This document shows, one piece after another, positions 9,903 to 21,175 of a DNA stretch of 64,000 nucleotides (the first letter of the stretch is position 1; each line of letters opens with the position of its first letter). The position numbers were made by a program, and so were the translations under genes. This stretch comes from an uncultured Enterobacterales bacterium (GTDB lineage Bacteria; Myxococcota_A; UBA796; CAJQPC01), in the NCBI GenBank assembly GCA_964604675.1, contig CAZSAT010000010.1, forward strand, positions 10,771-74,770, given 5' to 3'. Under the pieces are notes generated by a model. It ran no database searches. It saw only the letters and a list, made by a program, of their open reading frames with translations, and was not told where the DNA came from.

Positions 9903-11191
9903 CCTTCGACCTGGCGGTGCTCGGCTGCGGGACGGCGGGCGCCGCGGTCGCGGCGTTCGCGGCGCAGGCCGGGCTCTCGGTGGTGGCGGTCGACCGCTCG
10001 CCGCTGGCCGAAGCGGGCGCGCGCTGGGTGAACGGCGTGCCCCGATGGGCCTACGAGGTCTCGGGCCTCGGAGCCCCGCGCAAGGCCGAACACCGGGGCG
10101 GCGACCAGCCCTTCCACCTGGTGGCCGGCTGGGGTGGTCGACGGCTCGTGCTGGAAGACCACGGCGTGCTCGAGATCGACATGCGCGGGCTGGTGTCCAG
10201 GCTCCAGAACGCGGCCCGAGACGCCGACGCTGTGCTCATGGGCAACGAGCGTGTCGTGGCGGTCGAGGGCGACGAGATCCGGCTCGCGAGCAGCGCGCTG
10301 AGGGCGCGGCACGTGGTCGACGCCTCCGGGCTCACGGGGGTCGGGCTCCTGGGCGGGCCGGCCGTCGCGCGGGAGGACCTGTGCGTGGCGGCGCAGGAGG
10401 TCCGCGGCGTGGGCGACCGGCAGGCCGCGGAGGCCTTCTTCGCGCGTCACGAGGTGCCGGTCGGCCAGACCCTGTGCTTCACGGGCGTGGCCGGTGGGTA
10501 CAGCATCGTGAACGTCGCACTGCACGGCGACGAGCTCGCCATCCTGACAGGCTCCATCCCTGCGCTGGGGCACGCCTCGGGGCCGGCCCTCGTCGAGCGC
10601 TTCGCGGCGGAGCACCGGTGGGTGGGGCCGCGGCTCTTTGGCGGCTCGCGGGCGATTCCCTTGCGCCGTCCACGGGAGGTCCTCGCGCGGGGCAACTACG
10701 CCCGCATCGGCGACGCTGCGTGCCAGGTGTTCTGCGCCCACGGCTCCGGAATCGGCGTGCAGCTCGTGGCTGCGCGCGCGCTCGCCGACACGCTGGCGGC
10801 CGACCGGCCCCTGCACAGCTGGGCGGTGGACTTCATGCGCACCTACGGAGGCCGCCTGGCCGCATCGGACCAGTTCGCGCGCTTCAGCCGGTCGCTCACC
10901 GTGGAGGACACCGCGGGGCTCATGGCCGCGGGGCTGGTGCCGGCCAGCGTCGCGTCCGCCGAGCTCGGCCAGCGCGAGGTGCTGCCTCGCCTGGGGGAGG
11001 TCGGGCGGTTGGCGCTGGGCGCGACCCGGCAGGTCGGCGTGTTGCGGCGGCTCGCGCCGGTCGGCCTGCGCATGGCGCGGCTCCGACGGCTGCACGGCCA
11101 GTATCCGTCGGATCCGGCCGACCTGCCGGCGTGGTCCCGTCGAGTGGCTTCGGTGCTGGGGGCTGACCAGGAGGTGCCGGACGCTCGATAG
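9899..11191 (+). CDS. FAD-dependent oxidoreductase (geranylgeranyl-reductase / flavin monooxygenase-like)
   Basis: In-frame TTG at 9899 gives LTFDLAVLGCGTAGAAVAAFAAQAGLSVVAVDRS, a classic GxGxxG dinucleotide-binding N-terminus, and ...GDAACQVFCAHGSGIG. The longer ORF upstream from 9497 is unlikely, being Arg/Gly-rich junk. Confidence 0.65.
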   Translation: MTFDLAVLGCGTAGAAVAAFAAQAGLSVVAVDRSPLAEAGARWVNGVPRWAYEVSGLGAPRKAEHRGGDQPFHLVAGWGGRRLVLEDHGVLEIDMRGLVSRLQNAARDADAVLMGNERVVAVEGDEIRLASSALRARHVVDASGLTGVGLLGGPAVAREDLCVAAQEVRGVGDRQAAEAFFARHEVPVGQTLCFTGVAGGYSIVNVALHGDELAILTGSIPALGHASGPALVERFAAEHRWVGPRLFGGSRAIPLRRPREVLARGNYARIGDAACQVFCAHGSGIGVQLVAARALADTLAADRPLHSWAVDFMRTYGGRLAASDQFARFSRSLTVEDTAGLMAAGLVPASVASAELGQREVLPRLGEVGRLALGATRQVGVLRRLAPVGLRMARLRRLHGQYPSDPADLPAWSRRVASVLGADQEVPDAR

Positions 11192-11281
11192 CGCTGTCGA
11201 GCGCCCGCGACACGGGTGGTGTGAGCAGGCTCGCAGTCCACGGAGCGCGTGCCTGGCACGGGGGCTGCACCGTCCCCGGTC

Positions 11282-11956
11282 ATGTTGCCTGCACCACGCG
11301 CCCGCTACCTCGTCGAGGGTCCGACCTCCCAGTCGTCGACCGATCTGCTCGCCCTCGTGCTCGACGGGGGTACGGGCCGCTCCTTGGGGCTCGCGCGGGA
11401 GCTGCTGGAACGCTTCGGTACCGTGAAGGCGCTGGCCCTCGAGCCCCCTGCGGCCCTGATGGAGGTCCCTGGAGTCGGTGCGAGCGCGGCCGTGCGCGTG
11501 CACGCGGCGTGTGCCCTCGCCTCGCGGCCACCGCCCGCTCGCTGGGCGGCGCCCCTCGGCGGACCCGAAGCGGCGGTGCGCTTCCTGCGGCCTCACCTGT
11601 CGCAGCTCCCGCACGAGGAGCTGCATGCGCTCTACCTCGACCGGCGTCTGCGGGTGAAGGCTCATCGTCGGCTCACGGTCGGGAGCGAAGGCCACACGAT
11701 CGTGGACCCGCGGCAGGTGCTCCGGCCGGCGGTGATGGTTGGTGCGGGGATGGTGCTGCTGGCGCACAACCATCCCAGCGGCGATCCGACGCCGTCGGCG
11801 CAGGACGTGCAGGTCACGCGGAGGGTGGCGGAGGCTGCGGCCGTGCTCGACGTGCGCCTGGTCGACCACCTCGTGCTCGGTGAGCCAGGCTGGACCTCCT
11901 TGGCGGCCGAGGGCGTGCTGGCGCCCTGGGAGCCGCGCACGCTCGGGCTCGCCTGA
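11282..11956 (+). CDS. radC: RadC-family JAB-domain protein
   Basis: MLPAPRARYLVEG...LLALVLDGGTGRS...VLLAHNHPSGDPTPSAQDVQVTRR (HNHPSG JAMM motif). Alternative GTG start at 11249. Confidence 0.8.
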   Translation: MLPAPRARYLVEGPTSQSSTDLLALVLDGGTGRSLGLARELLERFGTVKALALEPPAALMEVPGVGASAAVRVHAACALASRPPPARWAAPLGGPEAAVRFLRPHLSQLPHEELHALYLDRRLRVKAHRRLTVGSEGHTIVDPRQVLRPAVMVGAGMVLLAHNHPSGDPTPSAQDVQVTRRVAEAAAVLDVRLVDHLVLGEPGWTSLAAEGVLAPWEPRTLGLA

Positions 11957-12051
11957 CGAGCGACCTGACGTCGCGGTCCGGGTCCCCGGACGTTGCTTCC
12001 GGTGACAGGTGCCGCCCCCGGTCGACACGCTGCCCCGTTAGCTTGTGCGCG

Positions 12052-12969
12052 ATGTTCCCCTTCCTGTACCGGCAGCCCACGCCCGACGGCAGCACGCTCG
12101 ACTACGGCACCTGGGGGCTGATGCTCATCCTGGCCTTCCTGGCCTGCACGATGGTGGCCTGGCGGCGCCTGCCCAAGATCGGCGTCAACCCGGACGTGCT
12201 CACGCCGCTCCTGATGCTGTCGGTGGTCACGTCGATCATCGGGTCGCGGTTGATGCACTTCGTGTTCGCCGAGCCCGAGAAGTTCTTCTCGAACCCGCTG
12301 ATCTTCTTCTCCCCCCGGGAAGGCGGCATGGCGGTGCTCGGCGGGGTCATGCTCGCCAGCATCTGCGGCGTGATCTTCCTGAAGCGGCGGGGCCTGCCCG
12401 CGATCAAGATGGCCGATGCCATCACGCCCACCATCTTCCTGGGCATGGCCATCGGACGGGTGGGCTGCTTCTTCGCGGGCTGTTGCCACGGCCGCGTGTG
12501 CGACGCGCCGACCACGGGCTCGCTCACCGGCGGCTTCTTCCCGGGCGGCGAGATCCTCGGGGTGCAGGGCTTCCCCTGGATCGCGTTCTCGTACCACCGC
12601 GGCCAGACCATGGGCTCGATCTACGAGACCCCGGTCTACCCGACGCAGCTGATGGACGCGGTGGTGCTCTTCGGGCTCTTCCTGCTCACCAGCTGGATCT
12701 GGAAGCACTGGCGAAAGTGGGATGGCCAGCTCGTGGCCCTGTACTGCATCTTCGCGGGCTCCTGGCGGATCGTGATCGAGCTCTTCCGCGGCGACGAGAT
12801 CCGCGGCACCGGCTACTTCGGCTTCCTGTCCACCGGCCAGGTCTCCAGCCTCGCCTTGGTGGCGGTCGGCGTGGTCGTCGCTGCGCTCACCATCTCCCGT
12901 GGACGCGGCGAAGAGGTCGCCTACGAGGACGAAGACGACGACGACGCCCTGGCCTACGCCGACGAATGA
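12052..12969 (+). CDS. lgt: prolipoprotein diacylglyceryl transferase
   Basis: MFPFLY...DYGTWGLMLILAFLA...IGRVGCFFAGCCHGRVCD (Lgt signature). The stop overlaps the next ATG (ATGA). Confidence 0.85.
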   Translation: MFPFLYRQPTPDGSTLDYGTWGLMLILAFLACTMVAWRRLPKIGVNPDVLTPLLMLSVVTSIIGSRLMHFVFAEPEKFFSNPLIFFSPREGGMAVLGGVMLASICGVIFLKRRGLPAIKMADAITPTIFLGMAIGRVGCFFAGCCHGRVCDAPTTGSLTGGFFPGGEILGVQGFPWIAFSYHRGQTMGSIYETPVYPTQLMDAVVLFGLFLLTSWIWKHWRKWDGQLVALYCIFAGSWRIVIELFRGDEIRGTGYFGFLSTGQVSSLALVAVGVVVAALTISRGRGEEVAYEDEDDDDALAYADE

Positions 12970-13730
12970 ACGCGGTCCTCCTCGGCTCGGCGTTCTCCGA
13001 GCCTGTCCTGGCGGGCGAGCGCCTCGAGGCCGTCCCGGTCCCGACACCCTGGGGCTCGGTCACCGTGTGGGAGCACCCCTCGGGCGGGCTGGTGGTCTTC
13101 CGCCACGGCGTGCCCCACCGCTTCCTGCCCCACCAGGTGCCCTGGCGCGGCCACGCGTGGGCGCTCCGGGAGCGTGGGTGCACGGCCTTGCTCGTCACCA
13201 GCTCGGTGGGCGTGCTGGACCCGTCGCTCCCGCTCTACGAACCCCTCGTCCTGTCGGACCTCCTGATGCCGGCGAACCGCCTGCCCGACGGGTCGGCCTG
13301 CACGGTGTTCGACGTGCCGCGGGCCGGGCAAGGGCACCTGGTCGTGGTCGACGGGCTCTTCTCCCGCGGCCTCTCCGCACAGATCGATGCCTGGCTCGAG
13401 GCGCCCGCCCCGCGCGCCGTCTTCGCGTACGTGGGCGGTCCGCGAACCAAGACCGCTGCGGAGAACCGCTGGTGGACGGCGCAGGGCGCCCAGGTGAACT
13501 CGATGAGCGTGGGCCCGGAGGTCGTGCTGGCCAACGAGCTGGAGCTGTCCGTGGCGGGGGTGGTCATCGGGCACAAGTACTCGGTGGCCGGGCGGCGCGA
13601 TCCGCTGGGTCACAGCGCCATCGCCGACAGCCTGGTGGCGTCGCGGCACGCCCTGGAACGCCTCGCCGCCCGCTTCCTCGCCCAAGCGGTGCCGGTGCCC
13701 TTCGGGAACCGGATCCACCGGCTCGGGTAG
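12966..13730 (+). CDS. purine nucleoside / methylthioadenosine phosphorylase family protein (MTAP-like)
   Basis: MNAVLLGSAF...FRHGVPHRFLPHQVPWRGHAWALRERGCTALLVTSSVGVLD...AQVNSMSVGPEVVLANELEL, typical of the PNP/MTAP family. Confidence 0.7.
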   Translation: MNAVLLGSAFSEPVLAGERLEAVPVPTPWGSVTVWEHPSGGLVVFRHGVPHRFLPHQVPWRGHAWALRERGCTALLVTSSVGVLDPSLPLYEPLVLSDLLMPANRLPDGSACTVFDVPRAGQGHLVVVDGLFSRGLSAQIDAWLEAPAPRAVFAYVGGPRTKTAAENRWWTAQGAQVNSMSVGPEVVLANELELSVAGVVIGHKYSVAGRRDPLGHSAIADSLVASRHALERLAARFLAQAVPVPFGNRIHRLG

Positions 13731-13739
13731 AGTCGCCGC

Positions 13740-14957
13740 GTGGACCGCGAAGCACGCATCCGTCTGGTCGGCCTGTGCCTCATCGCGGCGGTGATGATGG
13801 TCGGGTACGGCACCGCACGGCCGTCGACCGAGTCGCTCTTCCTGGAGGTCTGGGGGCGCGATGCCCTGCCGTGGGCATGGGTGGGCGTCGCCGTGGGAGC
13901 GCTCCTGGCGGTCAGCGCCTGGGAGCGGGCCGCGCGGCGCTACGAGCTGGCGACCCTGCTCGGACTGTGCGGGCTCGTGAGCGGCGGCTTGTTGGTGGTG
14001 CTCCTCCTGCTCCACGAGGCGGGCTGGCGCGGCGCGAGCTTCCTGCTCTACATCTGGAAGGACGTCTACATCGTCGTCCTGGTGGAGACCTTCTACGCCT
14101 TCGCCAACGTGGTGTTCCCCCTCGTGACCGCGAGATGGGCCTACGGCCTGTTCGGCGCGATGGGCGCGGCTGGCGGCTTCCTGTCGAACATGACGGTAGG
14201 CCAGGTGGCCGCCGAGGTCGGCACGGGACGCGCACCCTGGCTGGTGCTCCCGGCGCTCCTGGTCACCTGGTTGCTCGCCCGCTGGTTGGCCCGACGGGCG
14301 GGCGCCGAGCCCCAGTGGATGCAGGCTGAGGAACGCCCGGGCTTCGTCGAGGGCGTGAACGTGGTGCGCAGGAGCCGCTACCTCCTGCTCGTGCTGCTGT
14401 TGATCGGCTCGGTCCAGCTCTGCACGAACGTCATCGACTTCGCCTACAACGGCGTGCTCGAGGCCGCGGTGCCCGAGCTCGACGAGCGCACCGCCGTGAT
14501 CGGGAAGGTGTACGCGGCGATCGACGTGGTCTCGCTCCTGTTGAACCTGTCCAGCGGACCGGTGCTCAAGGTCCTCGGCGTGTCGCGCACGCTGCTCGGG
14601 GTTCCCGTGGTGCTCGCAGCCACCGCCGTGACCGCCCTCTTCACCCCTGGGTTCCTGGCCATGGCGGCCTGCAAGGTGGCCAACAAGGGGCTGGACTACT
14701 CGCTGTTCCGAGCGAGCAAGGAAGCGCTCTACCTCCCGCTCTCCTACGAGGAGAAGACCCAGGGCAAGGCGGTCATCGACATGCTGACCTACCGGGTGGC
14801 GAAGGGGGTGGCGTCGGGCATGTTGCTCGTGCTCGTGGCCCTGAGCGCGCAGGGCTGGGCCCTGGCGCTGGCGCTGGCCCTGATCGGGGTGTGGTTCGCC
14901 CTCACCCTGCTCATCACCCGGCGGTACCGGGCGGTCGCGGAGGCCGACGGGTCGTAG
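13740..14957 (+). CDS. polytopic membrane protein, putative transporter (MFS/TLC-like)
   Basis: 405 aa with about 10-12 hydrophobic segments. GTG start at 13740 (alternative ATG at 13795). Confidence 0.45.
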   Translation: MDREARIRLVGLCLIAAVMMVGYGTARPSTESLFLEVWGRDALPWAWVGVAVGALLAVSAWERAARRYELATLLGLCGLVSGGLLVVLLLLHEAGWRGASFLLYIWKDVYIVVLVETFYAFANVVFPLVTARWAYGLFGAMGAAGGFLSNMTVGQVAAEVGTGRAPWLVLPALLVTWLLARWLARRAGAEPQWMQAEERPGFVEGVNVVRRSRYLLLVLLLIGSVQLCTNVIDFAYNGVLEAAVPELDERTAVIGKVYAAIDVVSLLLNLSSGPVLKVLGVSRTLLGVPVVLAATAVTALFTPGFLAMAACKVANKGLDYSLFRASKEALYLPLSYEEKTQGKAVIDMLTYRVAKGVASGMLLVLVALSAQGWALALALALIGVWFALTLLITRRYRAVAEADGS

Positions 14958-15000
14958 GCCGCGAGCGGCTCGCGTGCCCGGTCAGGGCGTGGAAGAACAC

Positions 15001-15998
15001 TCAGTCCCGCTCGGCGCGCCGGGCCCTGCCCATGAGGTCTGCGAGGCCCTCGCGCGCCGGCTTGTCCTCGTGGAGGACCGAGCACACGGTCTGGATGATC
15101 GGGAGCTCGACGCCGATGGAGGCCGCGAGGTCCGTGGCGGACCGGGCCGTGACCACGCCCTCGGCGACCTGCCCCAGCTCCGTGAGGATGTCCGGCAGGC
15201 TGCGCCCCCCGCCGAGCGCCAGGCCCACACGACGGTTGCGCGAGAGGTTGCCGGTGCAGGTGAGCACGAGGTCGCCCATGCCGGCGAGCCCCATCATGGT
15301 GAGGGGGTTGGCGCCGCGAGCGACGGCGAGGCGGGTGATCTCGGCGAGGCCGCGGGTGATGATCGCGGCCCGCGCGTTCAGGCCCAGCCCCAGGCCATCG
15401 CTGATGCCGCAGGCGATCGCGATCGGGTTCTTCAGCGCGCCGCCGATCTCGACGCCCACGAGGTCGTCGGAGCTGTAGACCCTCAGGACCGAGCCGTGGA
15501 AGGCGCCGGCGACCGCGTGGCCGAGCCGGTCGTCGCGCGCGGCGACCACGACCGCCGTGGGAAGTCCCTGGGCGAGCTCCTTGGCGAAGCTCGGCCCCGA
15601 CAGCGCGCAGATGCGTTCGTGCAGGCGCGCCGGAAGCGCCTCTCGCAGCACCTCGTCCATGGTCTGCAGGGAGCCGGTCTCGACCCCCTTGCTCGCGCAA
15701 CAGACCACCGCCTCGTCCGAGATGGCCTCGGCGGCGTCCGTCATCACCCCCCGCATGGTCTGGCTCGGCACCACCGCCACCACCAGCTCGGCGCCATCCA
15801 GGGCGCGGTGCAGGTTCGCGGTCACCCCGAGCGTGGCCGGGAAGGGCAGTCCGGGCAGGTACTGGCTGTTCTCCCGTGCGGCTTCGTGCGCGGCCGCCCG
15901 GTCCGCTTTCCGGTCCCACATCCGTACCGCGTGCCCCAGCCGGGCCAGCTGGATGGCCAGCGCCGTGCCCCACGAGCCCGCGCCGACGACCGCGCACC

Positions 15999-16002
<4 letters not shown>
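15001..16002 (-). CDS. gpsA: NAD(P)H-dependent glycerol-3-phosphate dehydrogenase
   Basis: VRCAVVGAGSWGTALAIQLARLGHAVRMW...GALKNPIAIACGISDGLGLG...LPIIQTVCSVL. GTG start. The track ORF 15001..16869 over-extends in the same frame. Confidence 0.85.
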
Positions 16003-17486
<1,484 letters not shown>

Positions 17487-17519
17487 GGCCCGAGGGTAGC
17501 AGGCCGGCTATGCCAGCGC

Positions 17520-18476
17520 GTGAGACTGGGCATCGCCATCACCCGCGCGTCGTCGCTCGACGCCACGTGGACCACCGCCTGTCTGGCGGAGGCTGCGCTC
17601 GCCCGGGGGCACGCGCTCCGTCTGGTGGAGCCGTGGGACTTCGAGGTCGACGGCACCGGGCGGCTGGTGGCGCGGGCGCACGCCTTCGACGAGCCGATGA
17701 GCCGCGAGCTTCTCTGCGAGCACCTGCGGAACCGCACGGCGCGCCGTCGCTACCTCGAGGTGGCGACCCTCGACGTGCTGCTCTTGCGCATCAACCCGAT
17801 CGACCTCGCGGTGCTCGGCTACGCCAGCCTCGCGGCGCGGGAGGGGGTGCTGGTGCTCAACACCCCCGAGACCCTCATCAAGACCTCCCACAAGAGCTAC
17901 CTGGCCCACCTCGATGGCGTCCCGCGCCCCAAGACCCTCGTCACGCGCTCCCTGGCCACCACCCTGGCGTTCTGCGTGGAGCTGGAGTCCGGGATCATCC
18001 TGAAGCCGGCCCGGGCCTCGGGTGGGCGCGCGGTGAGCCGCGTGGGGCGGCGCGACGAGCGTGCGCTGGAGCGTGCCTTCTACGAGGCTTCTCGCGCCGG
18101 CGACGGCTACGTCGTGGTGCAGGAGTACCTGGCCGAAGCCGCCGAGGGGGAGAAGCGGTTGTTGTGGTTGGACGGCGATCTGCTCGGCGGATACCTCCGG
18201 AGAAGGGCGCCCGGGCAGCTGGCCCACAACCTCAAGCGTGGTGGACAGCCGGAGCCCTGCCAACTCCTGGAAAGCGAGCACGACCTGATCCGCAGCGTCA
18301 CCCCGCACTTGAAGTCCGACGGCGTCTGGTTCGCAGGGATCGACGTCATCGGTGGGCGTGTCATCGAGATCAACACGCTCAATCCGGGAGGGGTCCACAT
18401 GGTTCAGGCGTTCACGGGGTCCAACCTCGCGGCGTCCATGGTGGCCTGGCTCGAAGCCGCAGCAGAGCAGAGGTAG
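17520..18476 (+). CDS. ATP-grasp enzyme, glutathione synthetase (GshB)/RimK-like
   Basis: GTG at 17520 in the frame of ORF 17220..18476. ILKPARASGGRAVSRV...YVVVQEYL...GEKRLLWLDGDLLGGYLRR...NLKRGGQPE...FAGIDVIGGRVIEINTLNPGG matches the GshB-type ATP-grasp fold. Confidence 0.7.
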   Translation: MRLGIAITRASSLDATWTTACLAEAALARGHALRLVEPWDFEVDGTGRLVARAHAFDEPMSRELLCEHLRNRTARRRYLEVATLDVLLLRINPIDLAVLGYASLAAREGVLVLNTPETLIKTSHKSYLAHLDGVPRPKTLVTRSLATTLAFCVELESGIILKPARASGGRAVSRVGRRDERALERAFYEASRAGDGYVVVQEYLAEAAEGEKRLLWLDGDLLGGYLRRRAPGQLAHNLKRGGQPEPCQLLESEHDLIRSVTPHLKSDGVWFAGIDVIGGRVIEINTLNPGGVHMVQAFTGSNLAASMVAWLEAAAEQR

Positions 18477-18479
18477 CAG

Positions 18480-18938
18480 ATGCGTATGGTTAGGAAACAC
18501 GACCGTGACGAGATGGGCATTCCCCGTCCGATGACTCGGAAGCAGGTGCAGGAAGCCCTCCGCCGTGGGCACTCCCTCGAGGATCGGGACCTGCGCGGGG
18601 TCGACCTCGCGGGGATCGACTTCGACGGCATCAGCCTCCGGGGCGCGAAGCTGGCGGAAGCCAACCTCAGCGGGTGCAGCTTCCGGCAGGCCGATCTGTC
18701 CCACGCCAGCCTCTGGCAGGCCAACCTGCAGGACGCGGTGCTCGACGGCGCCACCCTGGAGGAGACCGATCTCGACCTCGCCAACCTCGACGGCTGCACC
18801 TTCAAGGGTGCCCGCGTCCGGAAGACCATCTTCCCGGACCAGAGCGACGTGCTCGGCCAGCTCCGCGGTTCGCTGGAAGACGGCACGAAGGTGAGCATGC
18901 CCGGCTGGGGCACGCTCGACGACGAGGACCTCGCGTAG
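18480..18938 (+). CDS. pentapeptide-repeat protein
   Basis: Repeated A(D/N)LxG pentads: RDLRGVDLAGIDFDGISLRGAKLAEANLSGCSFRQADLSHASLWQANLQDAVLDGATLEETDLDLANLDGCTF. Confidence 0.7.
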   Translation: MRMVRKHDRDEMGIPRPMTRKQVQEALRRGHSLEDRDLRGVDLAGIDFDGISLRGAKLAEANLSGCSFRQADLSHASLWQANLQDAVLDGATLEETDLDLANLDGCTFKGARVRKTIFPDQSDVLGQLRGSLEDGTKVSMPGWGTLDDEDLA

Positions 18939-18951
18939 CGCCGGTGCCGCG

Positions 18952-19326
18952 ATGAACGCCGAGCACGACGGCGTCTACACCTTCTGCCTCCGTTGGACCG
19001 GCGACGCCGAGCGCGCGCTCGACCTCGCCGTGCGGTCCTTGCGCGTCTCCGGCCCGCTTGCGGTCTATGGCGAGGCCGCGCGCCTGTGCAGCGAGGCGGG
19101 TCGCCCGGTGGTCGTCGCGAGCTCCCCGCTTCCGCAGGAGGAGAGCGCACGGCTGCAAGCCGCGCTGGGTGCTGTCGGCGACGACGAGCTCGTCGTGCTG
19201 CTGCTCCGCGACGTGATCGCGCTCGATCCCGATCAGGTGGCCCGGGCGCTCGACCTCGCACGGGGCAGCGTCACAGCGCGCCTCCAGCGCGCGCGGTCCG
19301 CCCTCGCCGCCCGCTTGGGGGCGTGA
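18952..19326 (+). CDS. sigma-70 region-4-like small protein (truncated ECF-sigma-like)
   Basis: The C-terminus LLLRDVIALDPDQVARALDLARGSVTARLQRARSAL resembles a sigma-70 region-4 HTH. There is no space upstream for a region 2. The stop overlaps the next ATG. Confidence 0.4.
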   Translation: MNAEHDGVYTFCLRWTGDAERALDLAVRSLRVSGPLAVYGEAARLCSEAGRPVVVASSPLPQEESARLQAALGAVGDDELVVLLLRDVIALDPDQVARALDLARGSVTARLQRARSALAARLGA

Positions 19327-20147
19327 TGCACGCCTTCTTCGTGCGCCAGCGACTCTCGGCGCTCCTGGATGGCGAGCTGCCCGCTCACGAGCGGGATGCC
19401 ATGTTGGCTGCGCTCGCCGACGACGCCGAGCTCCGTCGCGACTACGAAGCCATGCGCATGGCCGTCGCCCTGCTCGGCCGCGTGGGTCCGGTGCCCGCTC
19501 CCGCCGCGCTCGCCGAGGCGGTGCTGGTGGCGCAGACCGAGCGCCCGGCGCGGCCTCCCTGGCCGCTGCTTCTGGGCGGGCTGACGCTCCTGGGCGCCGG
19601 TGTGGTCTTCTGGCCCGATGCCCCACGTCCATCCGCCCCCGACGCGCTCGAAGCCCTGCATGAGGAGATCGCCGCGGCACCCATCGAGGTCGCGGTGATC
19701 GAGCCTGAGGATCCCGAGCCTGAGGATCCCGAGCCGGTGGATCCCGAGCCGGTGGTGGCTGAGCCGGTGGTGCACGAGCCGGTCGTCGTGCCGCCCGCGC
19801 CCACGCCGCGGCCCAAGCCCGAGCGCGAGGCCTACCAGGCGGCCTGGGAGCGGGGTTCGCAGCTCGCTCGGGTGCGTTCGGTGCGCATGCACGCCTCGCG
19901 CGGGGACGTGCTCTACGAGCTGACAGCCCTGGCTGCCGAGCACGGCGGCCTGGTCGCATCGGGCCAGGCTCGGATGCTCGACTCGGAGCAGGCCTACGGC
20001 CAGCTCACGCTCACGGTCCCGGCCGACCGCCTCGAGGGCTTCATGGCTGGGCTCGGCGATCTGGGCTCGCTCACCTCGGCCCTGCCCCGTCCGGCCGAGG
20101 ACGGTGAGGAGACGATCGAGGTCGTGGTCGAGGTCCAGCTCCATTGA
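19326..20147 (+). CDS. putative anti-sigma factor (zf-HC2-like N-terminus, one TM helix, periplasmic domain)
   Basis: MHAFFVRQRLSALLDGELPAHERDAMLAALADDAELRRDYEAMRMAV is an anti-sigma N-terminal pattern. A TM helix follows (WPLLLGGLTLLGAGVVFW), then a Pro/Glu-rich linker (EPEDPEPEDPEPVDPEP) and a C-terminal domain. Confidence 0.5.
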   Translation: MHAFFVRQRLSALLDGELPAHERDAMLAALADDAELRRDYEAMRMAVALLGRVGPVPAPAALAEAVLVAQTERPARPPWPLLLGGLTLLGAGVVFWPDAPRPSAPDALEALHEEIAAAPIEVAVIEPEDPEPEDPEPVDPEPVVAEPVVHEPVVVPPAPTPRPKPEREAYQAAWERGSQLARVRSVRMHASRGDVLYELTALAAEHGGLVASGQARMLDSEQAYGQLTLTVPADRLEGFMAGLGDLGSLTSALPRPAEDGEETIEVVVEVQLH

Positions 20148-20180
20148 GGGTGCAGGGTCCGAGTCTGTTAGCCTCCGCCC

Positions 20181-20690
20181 GTGGACCGAACGCCTGAATG
20201 GGTCGAGCTGCTGCTCACCAACCCGATCTTCTCGACACTCGCTGAGATGGACGCGCGGGCGCTCTACGGCGCCGGCACGCTCCGCCGCCTCGAGAAGGGC
20301 GACCTGATCTTCTGGCAGGGGGAAGCGCCCAACGGCTTCTACCTGGTGCTCGAGGGCGAGTTCTCCGTCGCGGTCGACGGTGAGGACGGTCCCGTACGGA
20401 TCGCCACCATCCACCGAGGCGAGACGGTCGGTGAGATGGGCCTGGTGCAGGCGTCGGCGCGGAGCGCGAGCTGCGCGGCCACGGCGCGTGCCCTCGTCTG
20501 GCACCTGCCCGGCGAAGTCTTCGAGGGTCTGCTGTACCGGGGTGATCCGATCGCAGCCTCGATCCTCCGCGGCATCGGAAAGGACCTGTGCCGCCGCTTC
20601 CGGTCGGCGGTCGACGAGGGCGCACGCCTGGTTGCGGCCCTACACGATGGCGAGCGCATCGAGGTCGACACCCTGGGCTGGGAGGTCTGA
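20181..20690 (+). CDS. cyclic-nucleotide-binding domain protein
   Basis: LIFWQGEAPNGFYLVLEGEFSV...TIHRGETVGEMGLV is a cNMP-binding beta-roll signature (GE..GE...R). The start is uncertain. Confidence 0.6.
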   Translation: MDRTPEWVELLLTNPIFSTLAEMDARALYGAGTLRRLEKGDLIFWQGEAPNGFYLVLEGEFSVAVDGEDGPVRIATIHRGETVGEMGLVQASARSASCAATARALVWHLPGEVFEGLLYRGDPIAASILRGIGKDLCRRFRSAVDEGARLVAALHDGERIEVDTLGWEV

Positions 20691-21166
20691 TGGTCGATCC
20701 ACGGCTGCTCGACTGCGCCGAGTCCCTGGTCGTGCTCACCGTCGAGGAGCGCGACCAGCTCGCCGAGCTGCTCGAGTCGGTGACCTTCGAGGCCGGACGC
20801 GCCCTGATCCTGGAGGGGCAGCGGTCCCCGGGGCTCTTCATGCTGCTCAGCGGCCCGCTGCAGGTCGAGCGCGCCCTGGGCGGGGCCAAGGATCGCACCC
20901 TGGCCACCGACATCCCCGCGGGGGAGTGGTTCGGCCAGGTGTCGGTCATCGACGGACTGCCCGCCACGGCCACCGTCGCGGCCGCGGGCACGGTGCAGGT
21001 CGCCTACATGAGCCGAGCCGACTTCTTCGCCCTGCTGGCCGAGGGCGACGCGCTGGGCACCCGCCTGCTGCGGGCCCTGTTGAGGAACCTGGCCACCCAG
21101 CTCGGGCGCGTGAACGGTGTGCTCGTCGACCTGCACGCGCAGCACGACGCAGCTCGGAACGGTTAG
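20690..21166 (+). CDS. cyclic-nucleotide-binding domain protein (second copy)
   Basis: The ATG at 20690 overlaps the previous TGA. ALILEGQRSPGLFMLLSGPLQV...IPAGEWFGQVSVIDGLPATATVAA. Confidence 0.6.
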   Translation: MVDPRLLDCAESLVVLTVEERDQLAELLESVTFEAGRALILEGQRSPGLFMLLSGPLQVERALGGAKDRTLATDIPAGEWFGQVSVIDGLPATATVAAAGTVQVAYMSRADFFALLAEGDALGTRLLRALLRNLATQLGRVNGVLVDLHAQHDAARNG

Positions 21167-21175
21167 CTCCGACGC

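Noticed and set aside
11957-12051. Short GC hairpin (gtccggg..cccggac) after radC as a terminator
   Set aside because: The stem is only 6-7 bp with a 2-4 nt loop and no clear U-tract. It is too weak to call.
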